NCBI GenBank assembly: GCA_963828125.1
Contig: CAWHDP010000002.1
Span: 1,280,001-1,344,000 of the forward strand
DNA from: an uncultured Chlamydiae bacterium
Lineage (GTDB): Bacteria; Chlamydiota; Chlamydiia; Chlamydiales; SM23-39
Length of the DNA stretch: 64,000 bases
Direction: 5' to 3'
Both the position numbers and the translations under genes were made by a program. The notes beneath the pieces are model-generated. The model had not been told where the DNA came from. It searched no databases and saw only the letters and a program-made list of their open reading frames with translations. Below are positions 1 to 10,623 of the stretch, piece after piece (positions within the stretch are counted from its first letter, which is position 1; each line of letters opens with the position of its first letter).

Positions 1-3000
1 TACATCAAGATGAGTAACGAAGTCCCGTCGACTGATATAATTATCAGCTTTGTAACATAACCATTTTGGAATAATGACAGAGGGAGCAATCGCTAAGGCA
101 ATAATTCTTTGTCGAACTGATTCTGGAGACGTCAACAGTGCATTTTTAAGATGGTCAGCCCCTCCACTGTGGCAAATTTCGAGAAACTTTGCATGTGGTC
201 CGTGGGTAGCGATTAGATGATTCCATTTGTTTTTTAAAAATTGAACTGGTGGCGCATGGAATCCAATATGTCCTAATGCGCATTCTAAGATATCAACGGG
301 TATTGAATTTGTCCTATTGTAGATGCCATAAATTTTGGTTCCTTGAGCATATTGACTCAATTGTCCGGCACTTCCTAAAAATTGGTCTTGTGTATTGTTA
401 ATTCCATTGATAAAACCGATCGCACCGTTAGGCAGATCAAAAGAACCAACTTGAAATGGGCTTGAGCGTGTAAACCCGTTATTTGCACAGTAGGAGGAAA
501 GAGTATTGCAGCTCTGAATCGTTTGATTAAGGCCAAAAGGCTGAAAAGCTCCAATTACGATAGGCTTTGTAGTCTGATACGCATGTGATGCAAACCGCCC
601 ATCTGGATCGATATAGTTAATAGGGTCGCCATTAGCATAAACATAAAGGTCCAAGCACATTGGGTAAGACACAGGATCTGGACTTAAAAATCTACCACTG
701 CCAGAATCGTAATATCTCTCTCCCATCCAGATCAAACCGGTCGGATCTTGGGCTTTACTATGCCAATTTAGAGACTGGGCATAGGAGATAAGATCAGATA
801 AAATAGAAGGGGGTGTTCCTTGAGGCCCATATGTTGAGGGAAATTCTTCACTATGAATAGTCCCTTGCCGAGAAACCACTCCTGCGAGTTGCCCTAAGCT
901 ATTATGCATTAAGATAACAGAAGCACCTGTCTCATCGGTAATAGCCTCGCATGAATCAGGTCCATAGACTTTCCAAAAAGTTTTATTCCCAAACTGAATA
1001 CCGATCTCTTGAAATTCCTCTTCAGGGTCATAAAAAGAGGTCGTTGTAATGGTAGAACTCCATCCCTCCTTATAATGCGTTTGTAAGCGTCTTCCTAGTG
1101 CATCATAGGAAGCTTCCCAGGTAAAAGATGGGTCTGTGACTTTGAAAAGTCTTCCCCATGGGTCCCATTCAAACTGCTTTTGATTATGAGAGATGACTTG
1201 CCCCATCGGATTATAGTCAGTCAAAAAAGAAGTTTTATCGACGATCGAAGTGAGGATTTTGCCGAAATCATCTAATCCATCTTGCGGAACGTACCAATTG
1301 GGGGCAGACGTACGAACACCTGTCCTCATGGATCCGAAGTCAAAGTCGTACTTTTCTGGCCCTGTAGATTTTAAGTAGCCACGAGAATTGTAGGTGAATC
1401 GCTGCTGCCTATTGGGAGCTGAATAGGTATGAAGTTTCCCGGAAGGATCCCACCCTAACAACTCTTGATAGGATCCATCTGGTAGTCGAGTAAGAACGCT
1501 TTCAGGAAGTCCTGAAGCATTATAATCGATAGTTGTTGTGCTCAGTTGATTGTTTTTGCTTTTCAAAGCCCCACTCAGATCGTAGGTATAAAACAGGTCA
1601 ACGTTTTGCGTTAAAACCTGAACTATCCGATTGTTCTGATAGACAAAATCCCTTTGGTGATTTCCTATCTGTAAAGAGCGGCTAGAAGGAGTCCACTTTT
1701 GGCGAGTCTGTTGAATGAGATTGGAGTTGAGATAAATAGACTCTAAAGACAGATTGCCATCGGCATCGTATGACCTCTCCACTAATGAGTGTTCACTATT
1801 TGATCCATACACCCAGCTAGATAGCCCAGAATTACCATCTCTAATTTGTTCAGCTGTGGCAAGGAGTCCGCGTGGGTCATAAGTATAGACACGACGCCCT
1901 CCATCGACAACATCTTGTGCCACTCTACCGTAGGGATCGTAGAGATATGTGTGAATACGCCGCATGGGATCCATAGCTTCTTTTAGATAGCCATTTTCAT
2001 AGGTGAAGGTCCAATGACTAGACGATCCCCCTCCCGCTTGCAGCTCTTCCGATCGCTTTTTTCGCATGAAGTCATAAGAAGCCTTCCAGATGTTCCCATT
2101 AGGAAGTCGATACTCAATCAAATTAGAATCAAGGTCATAGTCGAACTCGACGATGCTGCCGCCTGGTAATTCTTTTTGTATCAGGCGACCTAGCCCATCA
2201 AATTCTTGACGAATTATCCTTCCATCCCCATCAACGGAAGTAATGCAGTTGCCACAAGCATCATACTCATATGTAGCTGTGATATTCCCCTTCTTAACTT
2301 TAATAGGAAGACCAAGAGCATTTCTCCAGGTAGTGGTTATTGTTTCTCCTTGAACCAGATCCTCTCGATCGTCTTCAGCATCAAAATGGGAGCTAGAGTT
2401 CGCGATAAGAGCGCCTTGAGGATCTGTAATCTCTGATTTTACAGCGCATCCTCCCTCGTAGTAAGTGGTTACCGTCTCCCCATTGGGCTTATTGCAGATG
2501 ACTATATTGTCTTGGTAGCTCCATAGGGTTTGCTTACCGCTAGGAGCAGTCTCCGTCTTAATTCGATTTAGGCTGTCGTAGGTTTTTTCTGATGTAAAGC
2601 CCGCTGAATCAGTGAAGCGTATCAAGTTGCCGCGAGCATCGAATTCTCTAATTTCGCTATGTTTTGTTTTTAGATGGGTTCGTATAACACGATGATTTGC
2701 ATCATCATATTTGATTTCCCATGCAACATCGTTTTTGATTTCTAAAATAGGGCGGCCGAAGAAATCATAAACGGTCGAATCTTTGGTTTCATCTGGATAA
2801 ATCTCCACTTTCAACAAGCCATTTGTCGTATAATGACGCGTCATTTGTGCTCCAGATGGAGAAACGATGGTTTCAATCAGACCGCCTGGTTCATAAGAGA
2901 AAAGGGTGGAATTCCCGGCTTTGGTTTCTGATTTGACTTTCCCTAGAGCATCATAGTCTCGATAGGTGCAGTAGCCTCTAGGATCTGTTTCTTCAATGAG

Positions 3001-6000
3001 ATATCCGCGAGAGTCGTACTCATAAAGACTGTATGCAACAGAGCGGCTGGGCGAGAGTGATTGCCTTGTAGCCTTGATGAGTCCTGAAGCGTGATAGTCG
3101 AAATATACAACATTTTCAGAATTAGCTGTTTGTTTCCAGATAGGGGCGCTATTAAGATCGTAGCCGATATAGCTTGCAGATAGAAGGCTTCCAGAGGGAG
3201 AAAATACTTTGGACTCAGTCTGATTACCCATGAGGTCATAATCATTCTTTTGAGTGCCCTCAGCAGATGTGATTTCTATGCATTGTCCTTGAGGATTATA
3301 AGCATAAGTGGTGATCACATCCGGGTCTTCTGTTCCTGTTTCTTGAGTTTTTTGACGAGGAAACCCTCTATTGTTATATTCCCAAAGAGTAATAGCTCCA
3401 GAATGATCTTCTTTTTCAACTTGGCCTAGAGAGTTGTATTCCCAATCGACATAGGAGAGCAAGCTATTTTTGCTATATTTCTCGATTCTCTTAGGCAGAT
3501 AAGGAAAAGTTGAATCGTAGGTCGTGATTGTCTTTTGTCCGCAAACCTCTTCTTCAATACAGAGATTTAGGTCATTGTAAGAGAGCTTTTTGGCAATAAT
3601 TTGCTCGCCACTTCCGGTTAGGTCCTCTCCTTTAAGGCCAATTACTTCGGGGTTGCCTCGGCTGTCATATAAGTAATGCGTTGTTAGCCCTCGTTTGTCC
3701 CTCGTTGACTTTAGACTTCTTACTGCACCACCTTTTTGGTTCCATTCGACAACTTGCTCAGTTTCTGGATCAAACCAAGAATCCTTATCTACAAACCAAG
3801 ATTGAACGGTACAATAGCCAAGAGGATCTGTGACTTTGTAGATTTGCTTTTCGAAAATCTTATAAGTCGTTTTCCCTCCAGCTGCATCCGTGACCGTTGT
3901 TATTCCATCCGCATAGTCGAAAGTCGCGGTTGTGATTATTTCTTGTTGGGGTCCCATCGGGGATCTTTGTTCTTTGACCCTTCCTTCATCGTCATAGATG
4001 TTTTCTAAGACTTTGCCATGAGGTTTAGTTTCTCGAATGACACGATGAACTCGATCATATTCATAGGTAATAACTGCAGTATTAGGAATGGTAACTTTGA
4101 CGAGATCACCTTGCGAATTATAGTCATAGGAGATTCGTCTTCCATCTTTTGCATAAATCTCTGAAACATTTCCCTCATGATTGTAGTGCAATCCACAGAA
4201 GTCCCCATTCGAGTTCTCAATCCGGGAAAGGCGTTCATTCTCATAGAAGAGTGTGAGAATATTCCCTTTAGCATTCACCCATTTTTTAAGGAGACCGCTT
4301 TCAAAAAATCTTTTCGACCCATCTGTCCCATAAAGAACATCATTTTCAATATAGGAATGGAAAGGATTAGCGCTGCTACCTATTCCTTTTTCACTAAAAT
4401 TGGAAAGATCTGGATTATCGTCTGGGAAAACTTCCCAGCGAGATGTTTGTCGATTATAGCTGTAGATGATAACTGTCCCATCTAGTTCAGCTGCAAATCG
4501 TTTCCCATCCTGCTCAATAAGAAAAGGATTTAAGCTTAACTTCCAGCCACATCCAAGAGTTCCGATCAGAGGATTTTGACTGTTATAATTGCGGCGTATT
4601 TGTATGGGGAAAGATCCAGGAAGGGTAAGATCAATCTCATCGATATAAAATGCTCCAGTCACGACATCGACAGGATCCCCCACCTTATTCCAAAAAGACT
4701 TGTGCTCTAGCCTTACATCTGAGCTCCATTGATTTGTTCCTGGCAGTGATTGAGTGATAGCGGGTTGCGTATAAGTCGGGGTATAAGGAGAGGTAATTTC
4801 TGAGGGAAGTTGAAGGGCATAGCTATTTGTGTAGCTGTTTCCAGTTGGGATAAGTTGCCATTCTCTAATCGCATAAGGTGTAAAATAGCTGGGAGGCAGA
4901 GGAGATCCTAATCCACCATGGAATATGAGATTGTTACTAGAGATGAGGGCATATTGCATGTAAGGGCATAAGATTAATGCTCCCATTTCTTTGTAAGAAC
5001 CATCTTGACTCAGCGTTAGTCCCGGGGTCATATAGGCATAAGACCAGGCGCTCAATGGATTGCTCGGGTCGAGCAGATCCTTAAGAACATTCCATTGTCC
5101 TAGAGAGGCTTCTTTTACATCTCTGAGATTTAAATCTTTAAGATGAGAGAAATAAAGGCTTTGAGCAGCTTCAGGCGTTTTATCTGCAGCTTCAAAGCTG
5201 GTTGCAGTGAAACTTAAGAACCCCTCTCCCTCTAATCCCTTTTTTTGCTGTTGCTGATGAGCAAGTTGCAAAAGCTTGACTGTAGAAATAGCGTATTGGT
5301 CTTTAAATACTTCACGTAAGATTTGATGTTCATTCGAAGAGGAATCCACAGTGACAAGAGTTTCGCATTGCATCCTAGCCGTATAGCACTCTTGATGCCA
5401 TACCGATGGGTGAGAAATTGTAGGGAGCCCTGCATGAAACCAAAACATATCCACTTGAGGCATACTCAAATCTTCATCGCTTCTAAAAGCGCCCTTTGAA
5501 AGATCTGGAGAAAGTTTTGAGAGTCCAAAGGCGAATACAGTAGTAGGATTAACCTTATGCAAATTTGCCAAGATTTTCTCTGCGCGGCTGCATTTTTCAA
5601 AATAGGAAGCTCCCACAAAGGAAAGAAGAGCTGGTAGGCGTTTTTTTTCATCTTTTTCTGCAGAGAATTGATCGTAAAACTGAGAGGTCATTTTTGGACT
5701 TGCTCCACCAAAATGAGAGCAAAGTGCCGCCGTTGTTCCTTTGGATACAGAGAAAGATTGCCCAAGTTTAAAGACCTGGGTACCAAGCACGACTTCGCAA
5801 AGTATTTTGACATCAACCAGATGATCAGATTCATCCAGCTCCAATGGAGTTAGGATGTTCTCCCCTGCAATTTGAAGATGCATCAGAAGATGGTTCTTCT
5901 CACGTGGAGAAAAACGGATGGAAGAAGGACCGCAGCTCAGGCGGGCTAAAGGAAGGGTACATGAGAGAAATTTTTGAGGATTTTGACGGGAGTAAACTTC

Positions 6001-8319
6001 AATTTTAGTCAGAGCAAAGAGGCCAGGAATCCCACTTAAGGAATTGAAAATCTGAGCCTGATCTTGAATAGAAGGGTGGGGGAAGTCCTGCCATGATGAA
6101 AATTGCTTTTTAAGCTGTGTGCGATGAATGCCAACATTGTTTAAGGAAAGCCCCTGTTTCCTTAGCTCTTCTTCGATAAAGCGAACAAAAAGAATACCTG
6201 CTGTATCGTCCCCATCAGGACCGATATGCTTTAAAATTTGTTCGTCTCCTTTTAGATAACGTAAGATCCAGCGGTTGGCACTCGCGTACTCTTCAGGCAT
6301 AAAATGGTATAAATCATGCCCCTCATCTATCTGAATTTCTTTCATCCATGGAAAAAGAGAAATCCACTCTTTCCCATCGAAAAATACAACCCAAGGGTAT
6401 TTCAATAAGGCTTCTTTTTGGTCTTCCGGAAGCTTAGTAAAGAGCATCTTTTCAACAAAATCTTTGGGAAGTGAGCAGGAATCTCCCATAGCATAGACTG
6501 CTTGGTAACCTGCTTTACGTAAAAGGTAAACGAGCAGTTGACATTGTTCCCAAGGCGAACCTTGCTTCTCGAGATAGGTCATGGAGGCATTTCTGTGGAT
6601 GCTGGGGGCCTGAAATACCCCATTTTCTTGATGTAAATAGAGATCGACAAGGGCAATCTCATTCTGGACGTAACCAGCAAGAGCTAAAGGATCTTTTTTG
6701 AGCTCTTCTACCAGTTTGTCAAGAATGGGGAATTCAATTGTGTCGAAGTAAGAGAGCTGTGCTCCTCCATCTTTTAAAGACACGTTCATACTAGGCAACG
6801 GAGATTGATCAATTGGCTGATTAGGCGTTGTCAGTGCTGGTTTACGCAATGTCTCTAATTGCCATGGAGGAGGTGTTGAAAAATGGCATTTATAGAGGGA
6901 AGTTTCTTGGGTCAAGGAAATCGAGAACTGGTAACGTGGATCAGTGCTTTTTTGTGCTACGATCATGGAGAATTTATTTACCGGGTCACAAGCAAAACTG
7001 AGACGTAAATCAAGGCCAAATTCTGATTTTAGCTTGGTTTCAGGAGTAAATAGCATCCCGTTTTTAAGATAGCTTTCCCAACCTTGGATATTTCCAAATG
7101 GAAGGGAGATTTTTTCAACATGAATGATTTGTCCATTTTCATAGACCTTGATGAAAAGTTCGGGAACTGCAGAATCACTTTGAACTAGAAAACGATAAAA
7201 CTGTTCTATGTAAAGAACGAAATCTCCTTCTTTTTTGCCTATTTGACCATCTAAAGGAACCATACGAAGAAGAGACGTGTTTTGTAAGTTTTCAGAGAGA
7301 AATGAATCTGGATTTAAGAGAAAATCGTTTTTGAAAAACAGTTCTTTTCTCTCCTTCTCTCTAGCCTTAAACTCCTCGGGAGAGAGCAGTGGGGTGCTAT
7401 CCGTCAAACGGCTAGTATCGGCTTCTTTTTCAAATACAGAGATAGCAGCTTTTAGCAGTTCTATCTCTCCTTTAAAAACCTCAGCTTCTTCGCCTATACT
7501 ACTCTCCATGAGCTGCTCCAATATAGGAACAGCTTGTTTTTGTAGTTCATAGCAACCGCGCTTTAATCCTTTTTCTATAAAAAATTTACCATCTTCTTTG
7601 AGAGTCTCTACTTGCCCTTTAAGAGTAATTTTTTGAGTTACGACAGAAGCGGGCCAATCAGCAGCTTCTTTTTTATATTTCTCAGCGAGTCCCTGGTAAT
7701 TTTCTACGACTTCTTTTAACGTTCCTTGGTTTTTGGCTTGAGAAGGATAAGGGGCAATCAAGACAAAAGCTTCTCGAGCAATCGAAGTTGCCTCTTCATA
7801 AAGCTTTGATACTTCATTTAGAACTGTAATGACCTCATCAACATTGTTCAAACGGCGTTGACAAGCTCGATCTTTAGTATTTGCCTGAGTCGCTTTTTCT
7901 ACGCTTCTTTGATAGACAATATTAGCTTTATCAGAAGCAAGGTTGCCTTCGATTTGTTGAATGACAGGTTGGATTGCATTGATTTCAGCATTAAGGTTAT
8001 TTTTATCCTGCTCACATACAGATTTCAGTTGGATACGCCAAGGTTCCTTCCTCTTTGATTTAGATTTTCCCGCAATATCATTTAAAATGGTGTCGCAATA
8101 AGCAATAGCTCGCCTACAACACTCCACGGACTCCTTAAGAAGCTGCACCATTCTTTCCACGTCATTAGAACCAAGCCTTTTGTATTGTTCAATCAACTCA
8201 TTATGCCGTTTCCATTCGGGAGCAACTTGGTTATGGATATTGGTGCATTTCTCTTGATCAATCCCATAAATCAGGACCGGAACCAAGAAGAGAAGTAAGA
8301 AGAAGCGTTGCCATTTCAT
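1..8319 (-). CDS. Giant Rhs/YD-repeat polymorphic toxin-like protein (>2770 aa, 3' end outside window): signal peptide, helical region, degenerate transglutaminase-like domain, DUF6531-like domain, YD repeats, Rhs core, alpha/beta-hydrolase-like (DUF687-like) C-terminal domain
   Basis: ATG at 8319 gives MKWQRFFLLLFLVPVLIYG. The same frame gives GSPWEQCQLLVYLLRKAGY (~6500-6560), GDPVDVVTGAFYIDEIDL (~4620-4685), GERYYDSGSGRFLSPDP...DPINYIDPDGR (~595-725) and ICHSGGADH (~150-185). Its absence from the ORF track fits a frame with no stop inside the window. Confidence 0.9.
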   Translation of the reverse strand, partial: MKWQRFFLLLFLVPVLIYGIDQEKCTNIHNQVAPEWKRHNELIEQYKRLGSNDVERMVQLLKESVECCRRAIAYCDTILNDIAGKSKSKRKEPWRIQLKSVCEQDKNNLNAEINAIQPVIQQIEGNLASDKANIVYQRSVEKATQANTKDRACQRRLNNVDEVITVLNEVSKLYEEATSIAREAFVLIAPYPSQAKNQGTLKEVVENYQGLAEKYKKEAADWPASVVTQKITLKGQVETLKEDGKFFIEKGLKRGCYELQKQAVPILEQLMESSIGEEAEVFKGEIELLKAAISVFEKEADTSRLTDSTPLLSPEEFKAREKERKELFFKNDFLLNPDSFLSENLQNTSLLRMVPLDGQIGKKEGDFVLYIEQFYRFLVQSDSAVPELFIKVYENGQIIHVEKISLPFGNIQGWESYLKNGMLFTPETKLKSEFGLDLRLSFACDPVNKFSMIVAQKSTDPRYQFSISLTQETSLYKCHFSTPPPWQLETLRKPALTTPNQPIDQSPLPSMNVSLKDGGAQLSYFDTIEFPILDKLVEELKKDPLALAGYVQNEIALVDLYLHQENGVFQAPSIHRNASMTYLEKQGSPWEQCQLLVYLLRKAGYQAVYAMGDSCSLPKDFVEKMLFTKLPEDQKEALLKYPWVVFFDGKEWISLFPWMKEIQIDEGHDLYHFMPEEYASANRWILRYLKGDEQILKHIGPDGDDTAGILFVRFIEEELRKQGLSLNNVGIHRTQLKKQFSSWQDFPHPSIQDQAQIFNSLSGIPGLFALTKIEVYSRQNPQKFLSCTLPLARLSCGPSSIRFSPREKNHLLMHLQIAGENILTPLELDESDHLVDVKILCEVVLGTQVFKLGQSFSVSKGTTAALCSHFGGASPKMTSQFYDQFSAEKDEKKRLPALLSFVGASYFEKCSRAEKILANLHKVNPTTVFAFGLSKLSPDLSKGAFRSDEDLSMPQVDMFWFHAGLPTISHPSVWHQECYTARMQCETLVTVDSSSNEHQILREVFKDQYAISTVKLLQLAHQQQQKKGLEGEGFLSFTATSFEAADKTPEAAQSLYFSHLKDLNLRDVKEASLGQWNVLKDLLDPSNPLSAWSYAYMTPGLTLSQDGSYKEMGALILCPYMQYALISSNNLIFHGGLGSPLPPSYFTPYAIREWQLIPTGNSYTNSYALQLPSEITSPYTPTYTQPAITQSLPGTNQWSSDVRLEHKSFWNKVGDPVDVVTGAFYIDEIDLTLPGSFPIQIRRNYNSQNPLIGTLGCGWKLSLNPFLIEQDGKRFAAELDGTVIIYSYNRQTSRWEVFPDDNPDLSNFSEKGIGSSANPFHSYIENDVLYGTDGSKRFFESGLLKKWVNAKGNILTLFYENERLSRIENSNGDFCGLHYNHEGNVSEIYAKDGRRISYDYNSQGDLVKVTIPNTAVITYEYDRVHRVIRETKPHGKVLENIYDDEGRVKEQRSPMGPQQEIITTATFDYADGITTVTDAAGGKTTYKIFEKQIYKVTDPLGYCTVQSWFVDKDSWFDPETEQVVEWNQKGGAVRSLKSTRDKRGLTTHYLYDSRGNPEVIGLKGEDLTGSGEQIIAKKLSYNDLNLCIEEEVCGQKTITTYDSTFPYLPKRIEKYSKNSLLSYVDWEYNSLGQVEKEDHSGAITLWEYNNRGFPRQKTQETGTEDPDVITTYAYNPQGQCIEITSAEGTQKNDYDLMGNQTESKVFSPSGSLLSASYIGYDLNSAPIWKQTANSENVVYFDYHASGLIKATRQSLSPSRSVAYSLYEYDSRGYLIEETDPRGYCTYRDYDALGKVKSETKAGNSTLFSYEPGGLIETIVSPSGAQMTRHYTTNGLLKVEIYPDETKDSTVYDFFGRPILEIKNDVAWEIKYDDANHRVIRTHLKTKHSEIREFDARGNLIRFTDSAGFTSEKTYDSLNRIKTETAPSGKQTLWSYQDNIVICNKPNGETVTTYYEGGCAVKSEITDPQGALIANSSSHFDAEDDREDLVQGETITTTWRNALGLPIKVKKGNITATYEYDACGNCITSVDGDGRIIRQEFDGLGRLIQKELPGGSIVEFDYDLDSNLIEYRLPNGNIWKASYDFMRKKRSEELQAGGGSSSHWTFTYENGYLKEAMDPMRRIHTYLYDPYGRVAQDVVDGGRRVYTYDPRGLLATAEQIRDGNSGLSSWVYGSNSEHSLVERSYDADGNLSLESIYLNSNLIQQTRQKWTPSSRSLQIGNHQRDFVYQNNRIVQVLTQNVDLFYTYDLSGALKSKNNQLSTTTIDYNASGLPESVLTRLPDGSYQELLGWDPSGKLHTYSAPNRQQRFTYNSRGYLKSTGPEKYDFDFGSMRTGVRTSAPNWYVPQDGLDDFGKILTSIVDKTSFLTDYNPMGQVISHNQKQFEWDPWGRLFKVTDPSFTWEASYDALGRRLQTHYKEGWSSTITTTSFYDPEEEFQEIGIQFGNKTFWKVYGPDSCEAITDETGASVILMHNSLGQLAGVVSRQGTIHSEEFPSTYGPQGTPPSILSDLISYAQSLNWHSKAQDPTGLIWMGERYYDSGSGRFLSPDPVSYPMCLDLYVYANGDPINYIDPDGRFASHAYQTTKPIVIGAFQPFGLNQTIQSCNTLSSYCANNGFTRSSPFQVGSFDLPNGAIGFINGINNTQDQFLGSAGQLSQYAQGTKIYGIYNRTNSIPVDILECALGHIGFHAPPVQFLKNKWNHLIATHGPHAKFLEICHSGGADHLKNALLTSPESVRQRIIALAIAPSVIIPKWLCYKADNYISRRDFVTHLDV

Positions 8320-8347
8320 GTAAATTCGTTTTGTCTATGATGTAAGG

Positions 8348-9067
8348 CTAAAAATAGTGTTTTGAAATCTCAGCAATTTTCTCAAATGGAACAATGCTCG
8401 GCTGCCATCTATATCCAAATTTCCAGGCATTTTGAGCATTCCTATAATAAAAAATCTCATAATAATCAGGAGGCGAGGTTTGACTTCCTGCAAATAGAAG
8501 TTTAATGCAATCTAGCTTCTCCTCTTGCTCCAGTTCTTTCGGATAGTTAGGATTCCTGAATATAGAATGACTGTCAAATAGCACCGTCCCATCATTATAG
8601 ATAATTTTGCTGATCTTTTCTCCATCTTCACAAAAAAAGAGCATAAACGCACCTTGGCTATTAGAGAGCCTTCGGAGCCTATTATTTTCATCGTATTCGA
8701 AATGGATATTACTTAAAGAATTCACGAAAGCATTTGAATCCATTTCCTCATCTGCGTCTTCATTAACATCATTCACTATATAAACATCTGATAAACGAGA
8801 TCTCAAAGAATCATAACGATACGAGATTTTTGTTTGGGATACGATGATTGTTGGAACCCCTTCTCCATAGAAGCTAAAGACGTAATTAGAAGGGGATCTA
8901 TCGGGGACTCCATTCAAATATATTTCAGTTTGAGTTCCTTTAGGTACGATTATACTACTTCCACTAGCTAGAAGATGGGTCGTCCATGCTATGACAAAGC
9001 AGCCGCCAATAAAAAAACTACGAGAATACGATAGTGTCATAGAAAACTCCCTAAATTGTGTAGGCAT
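8348..9067 (-). CDS. Hypothetical, probably secreted protein directly upstream of the Rhs gene
   Basis: 239-aa ORF with hydrophobic N-terminus and one YD-like stretch (FEYDENNRLRRL); ends 28 bp before the Rhs start. Confidence 0.65.
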   Translation of the reverse strand: MPTQFREFSMTLSYSRSFFIGGCFVIAWTTHLLASGSSIIVPKGTQTEIYLNGVPDRSPSNYVFSFYGEGVPTIIVSQTKISYRYDSLRSRLSDVYIVNDVNEDADEEMDSNAFVNSLSNIHFEYDENNRLRRLSNSQGAFMLFFCEDGEKISKIIYNDGTVLFDSHSIFRNPNYPKELEQEEKLDCIKLLFAGSQTSPPDYYEIFYYRNAQNAWKFGYRWQPSIVPFEKIAEISKHYF

Positions 9068-9177
9068 TCCTTAATCTTTTAAGGAGTGGATGATACTGAA
9101 ATTTGTCTTTCCCGATGAAGAAAAAATGAACGTCTCTATAATTTTGGAGATTTCAAAGTCTGCCATCGCAACAATTT

Positions 9178-9197
9178 CCGTGGACCATTTGTGGACT
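9178..9197 (+). promoter_or_regulatory. Putative integrase arm-type sites (CCGTGGACCA-TTT-GTGGACT)
   Basis: Same motif, and similar distance to a tRNA-derived core, as at 44578-44600. Confidence 0.55.
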
Positions 9198-9306
9198 ACT
9201 GGCATACAAAAAAGTGCGATAAATGACGATAGTTCGCGGTAGCTGGAAAGGGGTGCTTTCCGCTATGATTTCGGGGAGTTAGCTGCTGGGAAGTGGCGTG
9301 GGTGCT

Positions 9307-9353
9307 GCGGACTCATAACCCGTCGGTCCCTGGTTCAAGTCCAGGTTGCCCCA
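9307..9353 (+). pseudogene. 3' fragment of a tRNA with CAT anticodon (Met/Ile2), acting as an att core
   Basis: GCGGA-CTCATAA-CCCGT anticodon arm, CCTGG-TTCAAGT-CCAGG T-arm and TTGCCCCA end; no D-arm or matching 5' acceptor strand upstream. Confidence 0.8.
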
Positions 9354-9540
9354 AACTTTTAAAGGCGTGATTTACAAAGCTTTATGTGTCCTATCAGAGT
9401 GTGCCCAAACAGCGATTGTCGCTGGCGCGACACACTCCAGACACAGTGAGGCCCTATCACCCACAGCACTCCACAACAATAGCCTCTCGGCGATTGCCAT
9501 CGTTGCTCACTTTTTAACCCTAAAAAGTGGAGATTAAACA

Positions 9541-10623
9541 ATGGCAAGCATCAAAAAACGCAAGACCAAGAAAGGCATTAGCTACCAAGCTCAAATCAGA
9601 AACAATGATGGGCACCCCCCTGACTCAAAAAACTTCCCTACCATGCAAGAAGCTAAAGATTGGGCTAAGAATGAAGAGGCCCGTCGCCGTCAAGAGACAT
9701 ACTTTCCTGAACAAGCCAAAAAGAAACATACCCTAGCCGAACTCATCGATCTTTACCTCGAAGAGATTCTTCCCTCCAAACCAAAGAACGCAAAAGACAC
9801 CAGGCGCCATCTCGCTTGGTGGAAAGACCAAATCGGTCAGTATGCGCTCAACCTCATTTCCTACGACCTAATCGACAAGTGCCGAAAAAAATTGGCTCAA
9901 GGAACCACAATAAAGGGAACTCAGCGCAACCCCGCCACCGTTAACCGATACATGGCCGCCATATCGGTTGTCTTCACCTACGGATTTAAGCAACGAGGCT
10001 GGCTCAAAGAAAACCCCCTTCTCCGCTTCAGCAAGCTCCGAGAATCAAGGGGGCGCGAGAGGATTCCAACCCCTGAAGAATGCATCAGACTCTTCGAATC
10101 CTGTAAGCGAAGCAAAAACAAGAACCTCTATCATCTCGTCATTCTCGCCATGACGACAGGAATGCGGCAAGGAGAAATCCTCGATCTCACTTGGGATTGT
10201 GTCGACCTTGAGAACAATTCTCTCCATCTAAAAGACACCAAAAATGGCCTTGCCCGCTCCGTCCCCCTTGTCGACCAAACCGCCAGCTTCTTCCGCCAAC
10301 TCCAGATCATCAAACTGCCACACCAGACCCTCGTTTTCCCCGGAAGAATCCGATTCAAAAAAACGTCCATCCGGAAAGCCTGGGACGAAGCTTGTAGACG
10401 GGCCAGCATTACCAACCTCCGCTTCCACGACTTTCGTCACTTCTTCTGTACCATTGCCGCCCAAGTGGCAACAAACACAACTCAACTTGCCGTTGCAACA
10501 GGACACCAATCAATGCAAATGCTGCGCCGCTACACTCACCAAGATGCAAACCATACCCGCTCCCTCTCCGAAAGCGTAGTGACCAAACTCTTTAAGACAG
10601 GAACCTCAAATGAGAACGAATAA
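9541..10623 (+). CDS. Tyrosine recombinase / site-specific integrase
   Basis: TGMRQGE, TKNG, HDFRH, TGH and RRY motifs; directly after the tRNA fragment. Confidence 0.95.
   Translation: MASIKKRKTKKGISYQAQIRNNDGHPPDSKNFPTMQEAKDWAKNEEARRRQETYFPEQAKKKHTLAELIDLYLEEILPSKPKNAKDTRRHLAWWKDQIGQYALNLISYDLIDKCRKKLAQGTTIKGTQRNPATVNRYMAAISVVFTYGFKQRGWLKENPLLRFSKLRESRGRERIPTPEECIRLFESCKRSKNKNLYHLVILAMTTGMRQGEILDLTWDCVDLENNSLHLKDTKNGLARSVPLVDQTASFFRQLQIIKLPHQTLVFPGRIRFKKTSIRKAWDEACRRASITNLRFHDFRHFFCTIAAQVATNTTQLAVATGHQSMQMLRRYTHQDANHTRSLSESVVTKLFKTGTSNENE

Noticed and set aside
2206..8058. Ten short track ORFs
   Set aside because: Antisense or off-frame shadows of the Rhs gene
9273..9353. Complete tRNA-Met gene
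   Set aside because: The 5' part cannot form a D-arm or properly pair the acceptor stem; only the 3' portion is tRNA-like
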